A stretch of 25,462 nucleotides of DNA from a virus (lineage: Duplodnaviria > Caudoviricetes), in the IMG/VR virus record IMGVR_UViG_3300044300_002650, positions 1-25,462 of that record. The stretch is one strand, 5' to 3'. Each line of letters starts with the position of its first letter. Position 1 is the first letter of the stretch. Positions 1 through 7,004 of this stretch are shown here, in pieces. Both the position numbers and the translations under genes were made by a program. A model generated the notes under the pieces. The model was given only the letters and a program-made list of their open reading frames with translations, did no database searches and had not been told where the DNA came from.

Positions 1-2
1 AA

Positions 3-13
3 TGGGGCGGTCG
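3..13. repeat. Left copy of terminal 11-bp repeat TGGGGCGGTCG; probable cos cohesive end
   Basis: Identical to 25436-25446; GC-rich in an AT-rich genome; on circularisation lies between HNH gene and terS as in HK97-like cos phages. Confidence 0.8.
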
Positions 14-43
14 ATATACAGTAATTACCTCTGAAGGATTAAA

Positions 44-57
44 TGGGGTTATCCCCA
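44..57. promoter_or_regulatory. Small inverted repeat TGGGG-TTAT-CCCCA next to cos; possible terminase/HNH binding site
   Basis: Palindromic 5-bp arms 30 bp from the terminal repeat; function is inference. Confidence 0.3.
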
Positions 58-94
58 CATACTATCATACATATTACTATATATTTATTTAAAA

Positions 95-421
95 TTAATA
101 TTTATTTTCTTTATTTAAAATAGACTGTCTTTCTTTTGCTTCTTTACTAGACTTTCTATTGTGACATGATGCGCATAAGGTTTGGAAGTTTTTTTCATTC
201 CATTTGTCACCACCTTGTGTGATAGGAATGATATGATCCACAACTTTTCCCTCTACTACCAATCCTTTATTCTTACATATTTTACATAGCGCATAACCCC
301 TTATGTAATTATTCCTAACAGCTCTCCACCTTCTACTATTATAGAATGTTGAATCAGTCCAAGCCTTAGACTTAGGTTTGGTTATCCACTTCTTTTTCTG
401 TGGTTCAGGGAAGGTAGGCAT
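95..421 (-). CDS. HNH endonuclease, HK97 gp74-like packaging cofactor
   Basis: FYNSRRW, CKIC, VVDHIIPITQGG, NFQTLCASCHNRKS motifs; adjacent to cos/terS on the circular map. Confidence 0.9.
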   Translation of the reverse strand: MPTFPEPQKKKWITKPKSKAWTDSTFYNSRRWRAVRNNYIRGYALCKICKNKGLVVEGKVVDHIIPITQGGDKWNEKNFQTLCASCHNRKSSKEAKERQSILNKENKY

Positions 422-423
422 TA

Positions 424-756
424 TTAATCATCTTTAATTAAATTATAATAATCTAGGTCAAGCTCTCTCACTATATTCATATTATCAAAGTAATCTAACA
501 ATGTAACACGTTCAGATGTTTCCCATATTGAGTGACAACCTTTTCTATTTCCCATAGATAGACAATGATATGTTATATTCTTTTTATTGGTTATTAAATC
601 CTTTCTTCTGCTTCTAGGGATTAAATGAGAATGAGATAATGGAACATCATATCTACCACACCCTGTGCATTTATGTTCTCTTTCTAAAGCAATTTCATCA
701 TATACTTTATTTAACTTCCTTAATTCCTTGCTTCTTCTTTTACTTATAACTTTCAT
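424..756 (-). CDS. Second HNH-fold (NinG/Ref-like) zinc-binding nuclease
   Basis: CTGC...HSHLIPRS...NITYHC...GCH pattern. Confidence 0.65.
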   Translation of the reverse strand: MKVISKRRSKELRKLNKVYDEIALEREHKCTGCGRYDVPLSHSHLIPRSRRKDLITNKKNITYHCLSMGNRKGCHSIWETSERVTLLDYFDNMNIVRELDLDYYNLIKDD

Positions 757-940
757 TAGGAATGTTATTTATTTCCACAATCAACCATTCTAATAGTTGT
801 GAATCTGTGACCTGAGAACCTAATATTGTTTCAAATCTTTTTTTTGTTTTCTTCCATTCTCTGTATACTGATTTAGGTATTTTTATTTTAAGCGTTTCAC
901 TAAACTCCCTATCAATAACATTATTATTAGCCATTAACAT
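740..940 (-). CDS. Hypothetical protein, possible ribbon-helix-helix DNA-binding protein (start revised from 1027 to ATG at 940)
   Basis: Upstream part of the 740-1027 ORF overlaps the 951-1079 gene; TLKIKIPKSVYREW resembles an RHH strand plus helix. Confidence 0.5.
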   Translation of the reverse strand: MLMANNNVIDREFSETLKIKIPKSVYREWKKTKKRFETILGSQVTDSQLLEWLIVEINNIPNESYK

Positions 941-950
941 TAAATCCTTT

Positions 951-1079
951 TCACTTACCTCTACCTTGCCCCCTATATTTTTTTTTGTAGCCATTTTGAT
1001 TTCTTGAAGCGTTCTTTGAGTGAACACCTTTTCTTTTCTTCTTTTTATTTGGTGAATATTTAAACCCTGCTCTTTTCAT
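951..1079 (-). CDS. Small highly basic protein (42 aa, MKRAGFKYSPNKKKKRKGVHSKNASRNQNGYKKKYRGQGRGK), not in the ORF track
   Basis: Hand translation: ATG at 1079 to TGA at 951; starts just downstream of the 1083-1110 hairpin. Confidence 0.7.
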   Translation of the reverse strand: MKRAGFKYSPNKKKKRKGVHSKNASRNQNGYKKKYRGQGRGK

Positions 1080-1082
1080 AAT

Positions 1083-1110
1083 AAAACACAAAGGAGGTGT
1101 TACACCTCCC
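1083..1110 (-). terminator. Probable intrinsic terminator ending the early/replication block
   Basis: GGAGGTG-taa-CACCTCC stem followed on the minus strand by TTTGTGTTTT. Confidence 0.6.
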
Positions 1111-1197
1111 TTGCTAACAAAAAACCTTTAAGAATAAAATGTTCAGAACAACCTATGAAAGTAAAATCCCAAACATTATATCAATAATAGTTATTAT

Positions 1198-1341
1198 TTA
1201 TTTACCACGCAATAGACTTTTTAAAATTTCCCAAAAAGTTTTTTTTCTTTTTTTATTATTTTTTTGTAATACAGAATTACATATTGATGTTTCCATATTC
1301 TCTTTTAAGTATTCTAAATATGATTTATTTGTTTTTTTCAT
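1198..1341 (-). CDS. Small hypothetical protein (47 aa, MKKTNKSYLEYLKEN...LLRGK), not in the ORF track
   Basis: ATGA overlap with the stop of the replication initiator; open to TAA at 1198. Confidence 0.6.
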   Translation of the reverse strand: MKKTNKSYLEYLKENMETSICNSVLQKNNKKRKKTFWEILKSLLRGK

Positions 1342-2120
1342 TGTTTTATCCATTTAATTTTTCCATCATAACTATTTACTTTTTTTTCATATCCGCAATT
1401 ATCAATCAAATGTTTTTCAAACTCTCTCACTTTGTTAATATCATCTTTGATTCTGTTTAGATAATATGAATCATAAAAATCAGGCATATCATTTTTTTTC
1501 TTATTAAAACTATTATTTTTCCACCTGACTAATCTTTTTTTAATATCAAAAACCTTCTCTTTTTCAAATCTTAATAACTCACTATTTAAATTACTTTCAC
1601 ACCAATAATCACAAAAGGAAGGAATAATATCTTTAAATTCATCATTATATTCTTCGACTTTATTTATAAAGTCATTTTCTTTTTCTTTTTTATTTTTCTT
1701 TTTCTTTTTCTTTTTCTTATCTATATCGTTTATATAGTCTATCGATACAGTATCAATAGACTTTAACATATCGAGTAAATAAGGATTTTTAACTTTTTCC
1801 AATTCATCTTCAATGCACTTAACAACTTTTGGTGATTTACTTGAATTATATTTTAAAAAATTAACTAATAAGATTTCATTTGTTTCAGGTGAATAAACAA
1901 TCTTCTTTAATGATTCAAAAAATTCTAACAGATTTAATATGGTATCTTTATTATATCCTGTTTGATAGGTTATTTGTCTTAATGATATTTCATAAATACC
2001 ACATTGTTTAACCTTGTCATTTGTCATTAAATATAAATAAAAGTATTTTTGTTCAGGAGTTAAATCTAACACCATTGGATCACTCCAAAATGTGGTGTGA
2101 ACGTGTCTATATTTCGCCAT
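1338..2120 (-). CDS. Phage replication initiator / replisome organiser
   Basis: N-terminal FWSDPMVLDLTPEQKYFYLYLMTN...CGIY winged-helix-type initiator motif, Lys-rich linker, C-terminal FCDYW...RFEKEKVFDIKKRLVRW domain. Confidence 0.8.
   Translation of the reverse strand: MAKYRHVHTTFWSDPMVLDLTPEQKYFYLYLMTNDKVKQCGIYEISLRQITYQTGYNKDTILNLLEFFESLKKIVYSPETNEILLVNFLKYNSSKSPKVVKCIEDELEKVKNPYLLDMLKSIDTVSIDYINDIDKKKKKKKKNKKEKENDFINKVEEYNDEFKDIIPSFCDYWCESNLNSELLRFEKEKVFDIKKRLVRWKNNSFNKKKNDMPDFYDSYYLNRIKDDINKVREFEKHLIDNCGYEKKVNSYDGKIKWIKQ
1676..1762. promoter_or_regulatory. Putative replication origin inside the initiator gene
   Basis: 27-bp near-perfect palindrome AGTCTATCGATAC-A-GTATCAATAGACT (1736-1762) next to a long T/C tract (about 1676-1718), lambda-ori-like placement. 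Confidence 0.55.
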
Positions 2121-2319
2121 TTTTTATTCTTTGTTTGGTTTTTTGTATTTCTAGTTTTGATAATTCGTAAAGTAATTTTTGTTGACTATTAACAATCTTT
2201 TTTAGATTCATATATTTAATAATTAAATGAAACATAATAACTAATATTGTTGAAAATATTATTGACATTATAATCATAAACCATATAATTTGACTGTTAA
2301 ATATGTGCTGTGCTTCCAT
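2107..2319 (-). CDS. Small single-TM membrane protein with C-terminal coiled coil (start revised to ATG 2319)
   Basis: Hydrophobic IIWFMIIMSIIFSTILVIMFHLII; start lies directly after the DUF3127 stop. Confidence 0.6.
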   Translation of the reverse strand: MEAQHIFNSQIIWFMIIMSIIFSTILVIMFHLIIKYMNLKKIVNSQQKLLYELSKLEIQKTKQRIKNGEI

Positions 2320-2320
2320 A

Positions 2321-2683
2321 TTAAAAAGGTAAATCATCTTCAGGTTGTTTTGGTTCATCATAATTTACACCATCAACGGATGAAAATTTAACATCAGAAT
2401 CAGTTTTGTAATCTAAAATATTTACTTTCATTACATTAAAATTATGAATGATTTTATCATTCCATTCTCTACCATTAATAAAGAATTTTATTTCTGCTCT
2501 TTCGCCTTCTTTTATTTCTATTTCATTTATTCTTTTATTAGGAATGGTTAATTCAATAAAATTATCAAATGTGCTATCTACTTTTACAATAAAGTTTTGT
2601 TTTTTATATTCACCTGTTTTTGTTTTAAAAGTTTCAATAGGTTTTACTTTTATAATCTTTCCTGTAATATTTATATCATACAT
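2321..2683 (-). CDS. DUF3127-family OB-fold protein (SSB-like)
   Basis: ITGKIIKV...KKQNFIV...FFINGREWN motifs and acidic DDLPF C-terminal tip typical of SSBs. Confidence 0.8.
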   Translation of the reverse strand: MYDINITGKIIKVKPIETFKTKTGEYKKQNFIVKVDSTFDNFIELTIPNKRINEIEIKEGERAEIKFFINGREWNDKIIHNFNVMKVNILDYKTDSDVKFSSVDGVNYDEPKQPEDDLPF

Positions 2684-3143
2684 AGTTTTTATTTTTTTTG
2701 GTTATATATCTGTTTTTAAGTTTTTCTCTTTCAAGCATATGCTGTAGCTTGGTGTTTTCATTTATAATCTTTTCTATTTTTTTTTCTAATTCAAGGTCAT
2801 AATTAGTTTTTAATATCATTTTTTCAACATCACTACTAAATTTATCATTTTGATGCTTTAAATATTGTGATAATGTATTTTGATATAATTTAGTATAATG
2901 ATTAATTTGTCCATATTGTTGTTTATGGTCCTCTAAATAGTCTAATATAGTAGCTGCTCCTTTTGACATATTTAAACTTATATCATCAATTGATACATTT
3001 AATTCATTATGTAATATACAGGCAACCACAATTCTGCAATCAACAACATTCAGTTTACACGATAATGAGTAAAACTTTTTTTTATTGATATTATTAAAAT
3101 AACAAACAATATCAACCAATCTTTTTAAATTAATTCCTTCCAT
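2676..3143 (-). CDS. Protein with divergent DnaA C-terminal (domain IV) helix-turn-helix and a coiled-coil tail
   Basis: IVCYF..I..KKFYS...VVDCRIVVACIL...VSIDDISLNMSKGAATILDY aligns by eye to the Bac_DnaA_C pattern. Confidence 0.55.
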   Translation of the reverse strand: MEGINLKRLVDIVCYFNNINKKKFYSLSCKLNVVDCRIVVACILHNELNVSIDDISLNMSKGAATILDYLEDHKQQYGQINHYTKLYQNTLSQYLKHQNDKFSSDVEKMILKTNYDLELEKKIEKIINENTKLQHMLEREKLKNRYITKKNKNYV

Positions 3144-3415
3144 AATGGTCCATGTAAAAAATGATAATACTTTTCTGAGTTATATTCAAAGAATCCAATT
3201 ACTTTAAAATCCTTTTCATTCGCTTCTAAATCTTCAACAAAATCTTCTACTTCTTTTCTTGTTCCTTCAAAAATCATATTTCTGTAACCTTTTTCCTCAT
3301 AATATTGTTCAAAATATCCTTTACAAGCAATACACCATTTTGTGCTTTGGTCGGGCGGTGTATTTTTTATTTCAATCCCTGTGTGCTTTTTATTAATTTT
3401 TATTTCCATTTTCAT
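3125..3415 (-). CDS. Hypothetical protein
   Basis: ORF overlapping neighbours in the tightly packed early block. Confidence 0.7.
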   Translation of the reverse strand: MKMEIKINKKHTGIEIKNTPPDQSTKWCIACKGYFEQYYEEKGYRNMIFEGTRKEVEDFVEDLEANEKDFKVIGFFEYNSEKYYHFLHGPLWKELI

Positions 3416-3602
3416 CTAATGTTTGGTTAATAATAAGAGTGTATTTATTCAGCATTTTGGTATATGGTTCACGCACTTTTTCATGCAATACTAACCCCCT
3501 GAACTCCTCATAATTATTTCTATAAATTGCATCTTCACCATAAATTTCCTTTAATTCATTTAATGCTAACGCATTTGCTAAATCTTTTATTTTTTGATCC
3601 AT
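3393..3602 (-). CDS. Hypothetical protein (start revised to ATG 3602, MDQKIK)
   Basis: Start just after the upstream stop at 3607. Confidence 0.65.
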   Translation of the reverse strand: MDQKIKDLANALALNELKEIYGEDAIYRNNYEEFRGLVLHEKVREPYTKMLNKYTLIINQTLDENGNKN

Positions 3603-3606
3603 AATT

Positions 3607-3984
3607 CTATTTTTTAAAATCTTCAGATTCATCTTCAGCAAACACACCTAATTCATAAAAACCTGTTAATTTTAATACCGCTCTACTCATAGCTCTTTTT
3701 TCCGCCATAGCAACAGGATATTTATTTGATGTGTTAAGTGGAGATGATTCTCCAAATGTTTCTATATAATTTTCATCTTTTTTTGCAACCGCTTTTATTA
3801 CACAATATTCGTGCTTCTCATTTAAAGATTCGATATTGTAAGCAATTTCAATTCTCTCCACAGCTTGAATTTTATCAATTCCTGACCTTGTAACAATAGT
3901 AAATCCAAGTGGAGATGTAAATACATCATCAGGAGTTAAATTATACTTTAAATAAAGTTTTTTTAATTTTTCTTTTTTGTTCAT
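3607..3984 (-). CDS. Putative single-strand annealing protein (Rad52/Erf-like fold)
   Basis: C-terminal MAEKRAMSRAVLKLTG...EDESEDF motif; in the early block with an SSB-like gene. Confidence 0.5.
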   Translation of the reverse strand: MNKKEKLKKLYLKYNLTPDDVFTSPLGFTIVTRSGIDKIQAVERIEIAYNIESLNEKHEYCVIKAVAKKDENYIETFGESSPLNTSNKYPVAMAEKRAMSRAVLKLTGFYELGVFAEDESEDFKK

Positions 3985-4238
3985 ACAAATATATTTTTTC
4001 TGTAGTTAGGGATGCTATCGGCATTAATTAACCCCCTAGACTTAATTTTTAAATTGGTTACTATATCACCCCTTTTTCCATTTTCAATAAGCCATTTCCA
4101 ATTTCTATAATTTCTGAATCGTGAATCAATACAGGTCTTATAGGATTTTTCACCATCATTAAAAAATAAGTAGAATAAAGTTCCACCTGAATAGGAGTTT
4201 GGAACTGATTGGATTTTTTTAAGTTCAAATTGTTTCAT
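3981..4238 (-). CDS. Hypothetical protein
   Basis: ATGA-coupled to the next gene; beta-rich sequence. Confidence 0.7.
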   Translation of the reverse strand: MKQFELKKIQSVPNSYSGGTLFYLFFNDGEKSYKTCIDSRFRNYRNWKWLIENGKRGDIVTNLKIKSRGLINADSIPNYRKNIFV

Positions 4239-4241
4239 TGT

Positions 4242-4415
4242 TTAATTATTTAAAGGTTGTTCGTTTTCTAATATTTCTTTTTGTGCTAATAACACATAAT
4301 AAAGTTCATGTAATTGTTTGATGGTTAATCCGTATAATTCTATCCTTGACATTGAGAAGGATTCAACATCTAAAAGCAGGATATTTTCAACTAACCATTT
4401 TTTAATATCTGACAT
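4242..4415 (-). CDS. First early gene, 57-aa hypothetical (MSDIKKWLVENILLLD...NEQPLNN), not in the ORF track
   Basis: Hand translation: ATG 4415 to TAA 4242; sits 20 bp downstream of the promoter. Confidence 0.7.
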   Translation of the reverse strand: MSDIKKWLVENILLLDVESFSMSRIELYGLTIKQLHELYYVLLAQKEILENEQPLNN

Positions 4416-4435
4416 ATTTTAGTTTTTTGTTTACA

Positions 4436-4466
4436 CAAATTTGAACATTGTCCATTGTATTACAAA
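4436..4466 (-). promoter_or_regulatory. Bacteroidota-type sigmaA promoter for the early operon
   Basis: TTTG-N19-CAAATTTG (one mismatch to TAnnTTTG); downstream TTTGTGTAAACAAAAAAC closely matches the promoter at 22975. Confidence 0.6.
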
Positions 4467-4482
4467 AAAAATATAACCCAAG

Positions 4483-4528
4483 TTATTAACATTCAAAAGT
4501 TAATAAGCTGTTAATCAATTGTTAATAT
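4483..4528. repeat. Cluster of four TTATTAACA-like 9-mers (DnaA-box-like), three at 11-bp spacing
   Basis: TTATTAACA 4483-4491; opposite-orientation AGTTAATAA 4498, TGTTAATCA 4509, TGTTAATAT 4520. Confidence 0.5.
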
Positions 4529-4558
4529 AAAAAAAAAGAGGATTGAAAACAACCCCCC
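4529..4558 (-). terminator. Intrinsic terminator of the late operon
   Basis: Minus strand GGGGGTTG-TTTT-CAATCCTC stem with G-U pairs, then a T9 tract, just after the 4564 stop. Confidence 0.8.
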
Positions 4559-4563
4559 AGTTT

Positions 4564-5268
4564 TTAATGGACCACACCATCCCATTTTCCACCCTTTTTG
4601 AGAATCATGGGTAGTAATTTAGGTTGTCCATTGATAATGATTCCACATCCAAGTATTACCCTTTGACTATTCACTTTATTATATGCAAATGCTAAACTTT
4701 TATCATCTATCAAACATCCTACCATCATTGACCAATTTAAACTAAGTGGTGAAGATGTATAAGAAATAGAATATTCAGTATGATAATGACCTTGTAAAAC
4801 GCACATCCCCATCTCTTTTGCTAACATTAAACCATTCTTTTTAAGTCCATGAGTCATAAACAACCATTGTTTGTTAATCATTTTATATTTATAATCTATT
4901 GACCACCTCCAACCTTTTCCGACTTCTAATATCTCATTATAACTTTTAAGCATATGTCTTGGAATCCCATGTGCCTTACCTCTACGATATACCATTGATC
5001 CATGATTGGAATGAACTAAATCCATTTCAGGAAATAGGTTGTAAAGTTTCTTTATTACCTTCCTTGCTTTCACAAGTTCTGCATAAGCATTATCTAATTC
5101 TGCATCTGTATCGTGGAATGACAATGCGTGATAATCGACTTCATCACCTACATTTAAAACTTTCGTTGGTTTATATTTTTTTTTAATTGCCCTTAAAAAT
5201 GAAATTGCTTGTGGATGTTGATAGGGAGCATGAAGGTCAGAAATACATAATATTATTTCATCCTTCAT
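4564..5268 (-). CDS. Calcineurin-like metallophosphoesterase
   Basis: ISDLH, GDEVD, SNH, THG, GHYH motifs. Confidence 0.85.
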   Translation of the reverse strand: MKDEIILCISDLHAPYQHPQAISFLRAIKKKYKPTKVLNVGDEVDYHALSFHDTDAELDNAYAELVKARKVIKKLYNLFPEMDLVHSNHGSMVYRRGKAHGIPRHMLKSYNEILEVGKGWRWSIDYKYKMINKQWLFMTHGLKKNGLMLAKEMGMCVLQGHYHTEYSISYTSSPLSLNWSMMVGCLIDDKSLAFAYNKVNSQRVILGCGIIINGQPKLLPMILKKGGKWDGVVH

Positions 5269-5269
5269 A

Positions 5270-5653
5270 TTACTTTTTTTTTATTTTTTCTATGGAACGA
5301 CCTGCGAAATAAGCAGAGTAAACACAAAGCAATAATGTTTGATATATTGGAACATAAGCAGGTGATATTGTGAATCCACCTAAATTTCCATCAAATACTG
5401 AAATTATAACAAAAACAAAAGTTAAAAATATCAATGTTAAAGGTCTAATATTGGAAGGAAGCCAACCAGCTTTTGAATCTGCTTCCCATCTTTTTGTTAC
5501 CTCTTGTGATGCTTTGTTTTCATAGTCTAATACTAATTGCTTTAAAAGTCTTTTTGCCTCTGCTTTTTCTTCTTTTGTGGTAGTAAGGTTATCCAAAACT
5601 GAACCTACAGATTCAATCAATTTATCCCCTCCACCAAATAATTTATTTATCAT
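5270..5653 (-). CDS. Holin, GTA-type 3TM family
   Basis: DNLTTTKEEK...RWEAD...WLPSNIRPL, two hydrophobic segments, YFAGRSIEK; next to endolysin. Confidence 0.85.
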   Translation of the reverse strand: MINKLFGGGDKLIESVGSVLDNLTTTKEEKAEAKRLLKQLVLDYENKASQEVTKRWEADSKAGWLPSNIRPLTLIFLTFVFVIISVFDGNLGGFTISPAYVPIYQTLLLCVYSAYFAGRSIEKIKKK

Positions 5654-6144
5654 AATGATTTATCTCTTGTGATTATTCTATAATGAGTTTGACCATTATC
5701 CTTAAAGGCTTCAAGTATTTGTTTTTTAACATTTTTTCTGCTGTGTGAAATATGAACCCAAGATGGTGAACCATGTGGAAATCTGTCACCAAACTCCCAA
5801 ATTAATTGTTTAAATGGTAAATCTAAATCTAAAATGGTATTAAATAAAATATCATTCCTAACTTCATTACCATATATTAACTGAATGTCAGCGGCAAATC
5901 CATTCATGTGGTCGCTAATTCTTTTTGAACCATTGTTTATAATCTGATTCAATTCTGCGCATCTATATCCAGATGTCACTTTAATAGGCTTTCCAATAGC
6001 ATTTCTTAGAGGTTGTAGAACATCTTTACAAAGGAAATATAAATTTTCTATTATTTTTTTATCCGCTTTATTATCAAGCTGATGCCTTATTGCAGTTGAT
6101 GAAAACTCCATCTCCTGCAAAGTAAAATTTTTTGTAAGAAGCAT
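5650..6144 (-). CDS. Endolysin, peptidase M15 (Zn D-Ala-D-Ala peptidase fold)
   Basis: LTKNFTLQE, VTSGYRC..LN, SDHMNGFAAD, SWVHIS motifs. Confidence 0.9.
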   Translation of the reverse strand: MLLTKNFTLQEMEFSSTAIRHQLDNKADKKIIENLYFLCKDVLQPLRNAIGKPIKVTSGYRCAELNQIINNGSKRISDHMNGFAADIQLIYGNEVRNDILFNTILDLDLPFKQLIWEFGDRFPHGSPSWVHISHSRKNVKKQILEAFKDNGQTHYRIITRDKSL

Positions 6145-6518
6145 TATTTAAATTGGTTAATGATTATACTATCAATTTTTGATTGAACTGTCTTTTTGGT
6201 AATGGATAATTGAAACATTAAATTCCCCTCCCATCTGCTCACTTCTTTTCTATTATTAAATAATATTATTGTGGGCAAAACCTTGATTCCAAATTCATCT
6301 GCTAAATCTTTGTTAACAACAATACAGGACCTATAAACCCCACACTTTTTTAATTCACCTAAATAAGACCACTTGTTTTTATCATTAAATTCCGCCCAAA
6401 ATTCAATAACAATTGGTTGGTTTGAATTAACTATTTTATTAAAATCTTTGCTGTTTATAAAATCCTGTCCATAAATTTGAACTACTGTTACCCACAATAA
6501 AATTATTAAATATCTCAT
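6144..6518 (-). CDS. Exported thioredoxin-fold protein lacking CXXC
   Basis: Signal peptide ending IYG|Q; VIEFWAEFN in place of FWAxWCxxC; LADEFGIKVLPTIILF cis-Pro motif. Confidence 0.8.
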   Translation of the reverse strand: MRYLIILLWVTVVQIYGQDFINSKDFNKIVNSNQPIVIEFWAEFNDKNKWSYLGELKKCGVYRSCIVVNKDLADEFGIKVLPTIILFNNRKEVSRWEGNLMFQLSITKKTVQSKIDSIIINQFK

Positions 6519-6805
6519 TTTAATTCATATACTCTTTCCTCTATTTTTTCCACCTGCGTTTCTATTTTTTCTAAAGCCTCTGCATTATTCATTACAGTTT
6601 GTGTTATTAAATCAATCTTCAGTTGAAATTCTGTAGCTGTTATTTCAGGTTCAGGAATCTCCACAATTGGTAGTTCCTTAGCAGATTGAATTTCCATACT
6701 TAAAGAATAATACATACCTATAAAACCTGCTACTATAGCAATAATAGTTCCAAATGTTTTAAAGGATAGTTGAACTTTTGTATTTTCTGAGATTTCTTTT
6801 GTCAT
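6515..6805 (-). CDS. Single-TM inner-membrane protein with Pro-rich linker and C-terminal coiled coil (i-spanin-like architecture)
   Basis: TM FGTIIAIVAGFIGMYYSL; LPIVEIPEPEI; heptads LEKIETQVEKIEERVYELK. Confidence 0.65.
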   Translation of the reverse strand: MTKEISENTKVQLSFKTFGTIIAIVAGFIGMYYSLSMEIQSAKELPIVEIPEPEITATEFQLKIDLITQTVMNNAEALEKIETQVEKIEERVYELK

Positions 6806-6806
6806 G

Positions 6807-7004
6807 TTAACTTTTTCTTTCTGCTGCTGAAGCTATAAAGCCCCCTGTGATTATTACCATTAATGAATGAATCCAAGCATCATCAATGCAATATGTTCCA
6901 AACAATGATGCAAAATATCCAAATGTAAAAAGCCCTAAAGCAATAAAGCTAAAAAGCCTTTTTGAACTTACTTGTCCGTTTTTGTCTTTAAAAAGTGTTT
7001 TCAT
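6807..7004 (-). CDS. Small two-TM membrane protein (holin/antiholin-like)
   Basis: FKDKNGQVSSKR followed by two hydrophobic helices and a basic C-terminus. Confidence 0.65.
   Translation of the reverse strand: MKTLFKDKNGQVSSKRLFSFIALGLFTFGYFASLFGTYCIDDAWIHSLMVIITGGFIASAAERKS

Noticed and set aside
941-1027. N-terminal extension of ORF 740-1027 from a GTG start
   Set aside because: Overlaps the more convincing 951-1079 basic microprotein; ATG at 940 or 934 fits gene packing better
5270-5653. Gene transfer agent interpretation based on the GTA-type holin
   Set aside because: The element has cos-type terminase with HNH, its own replication genes and terminal repeats; this holin family is common in ordinary phages
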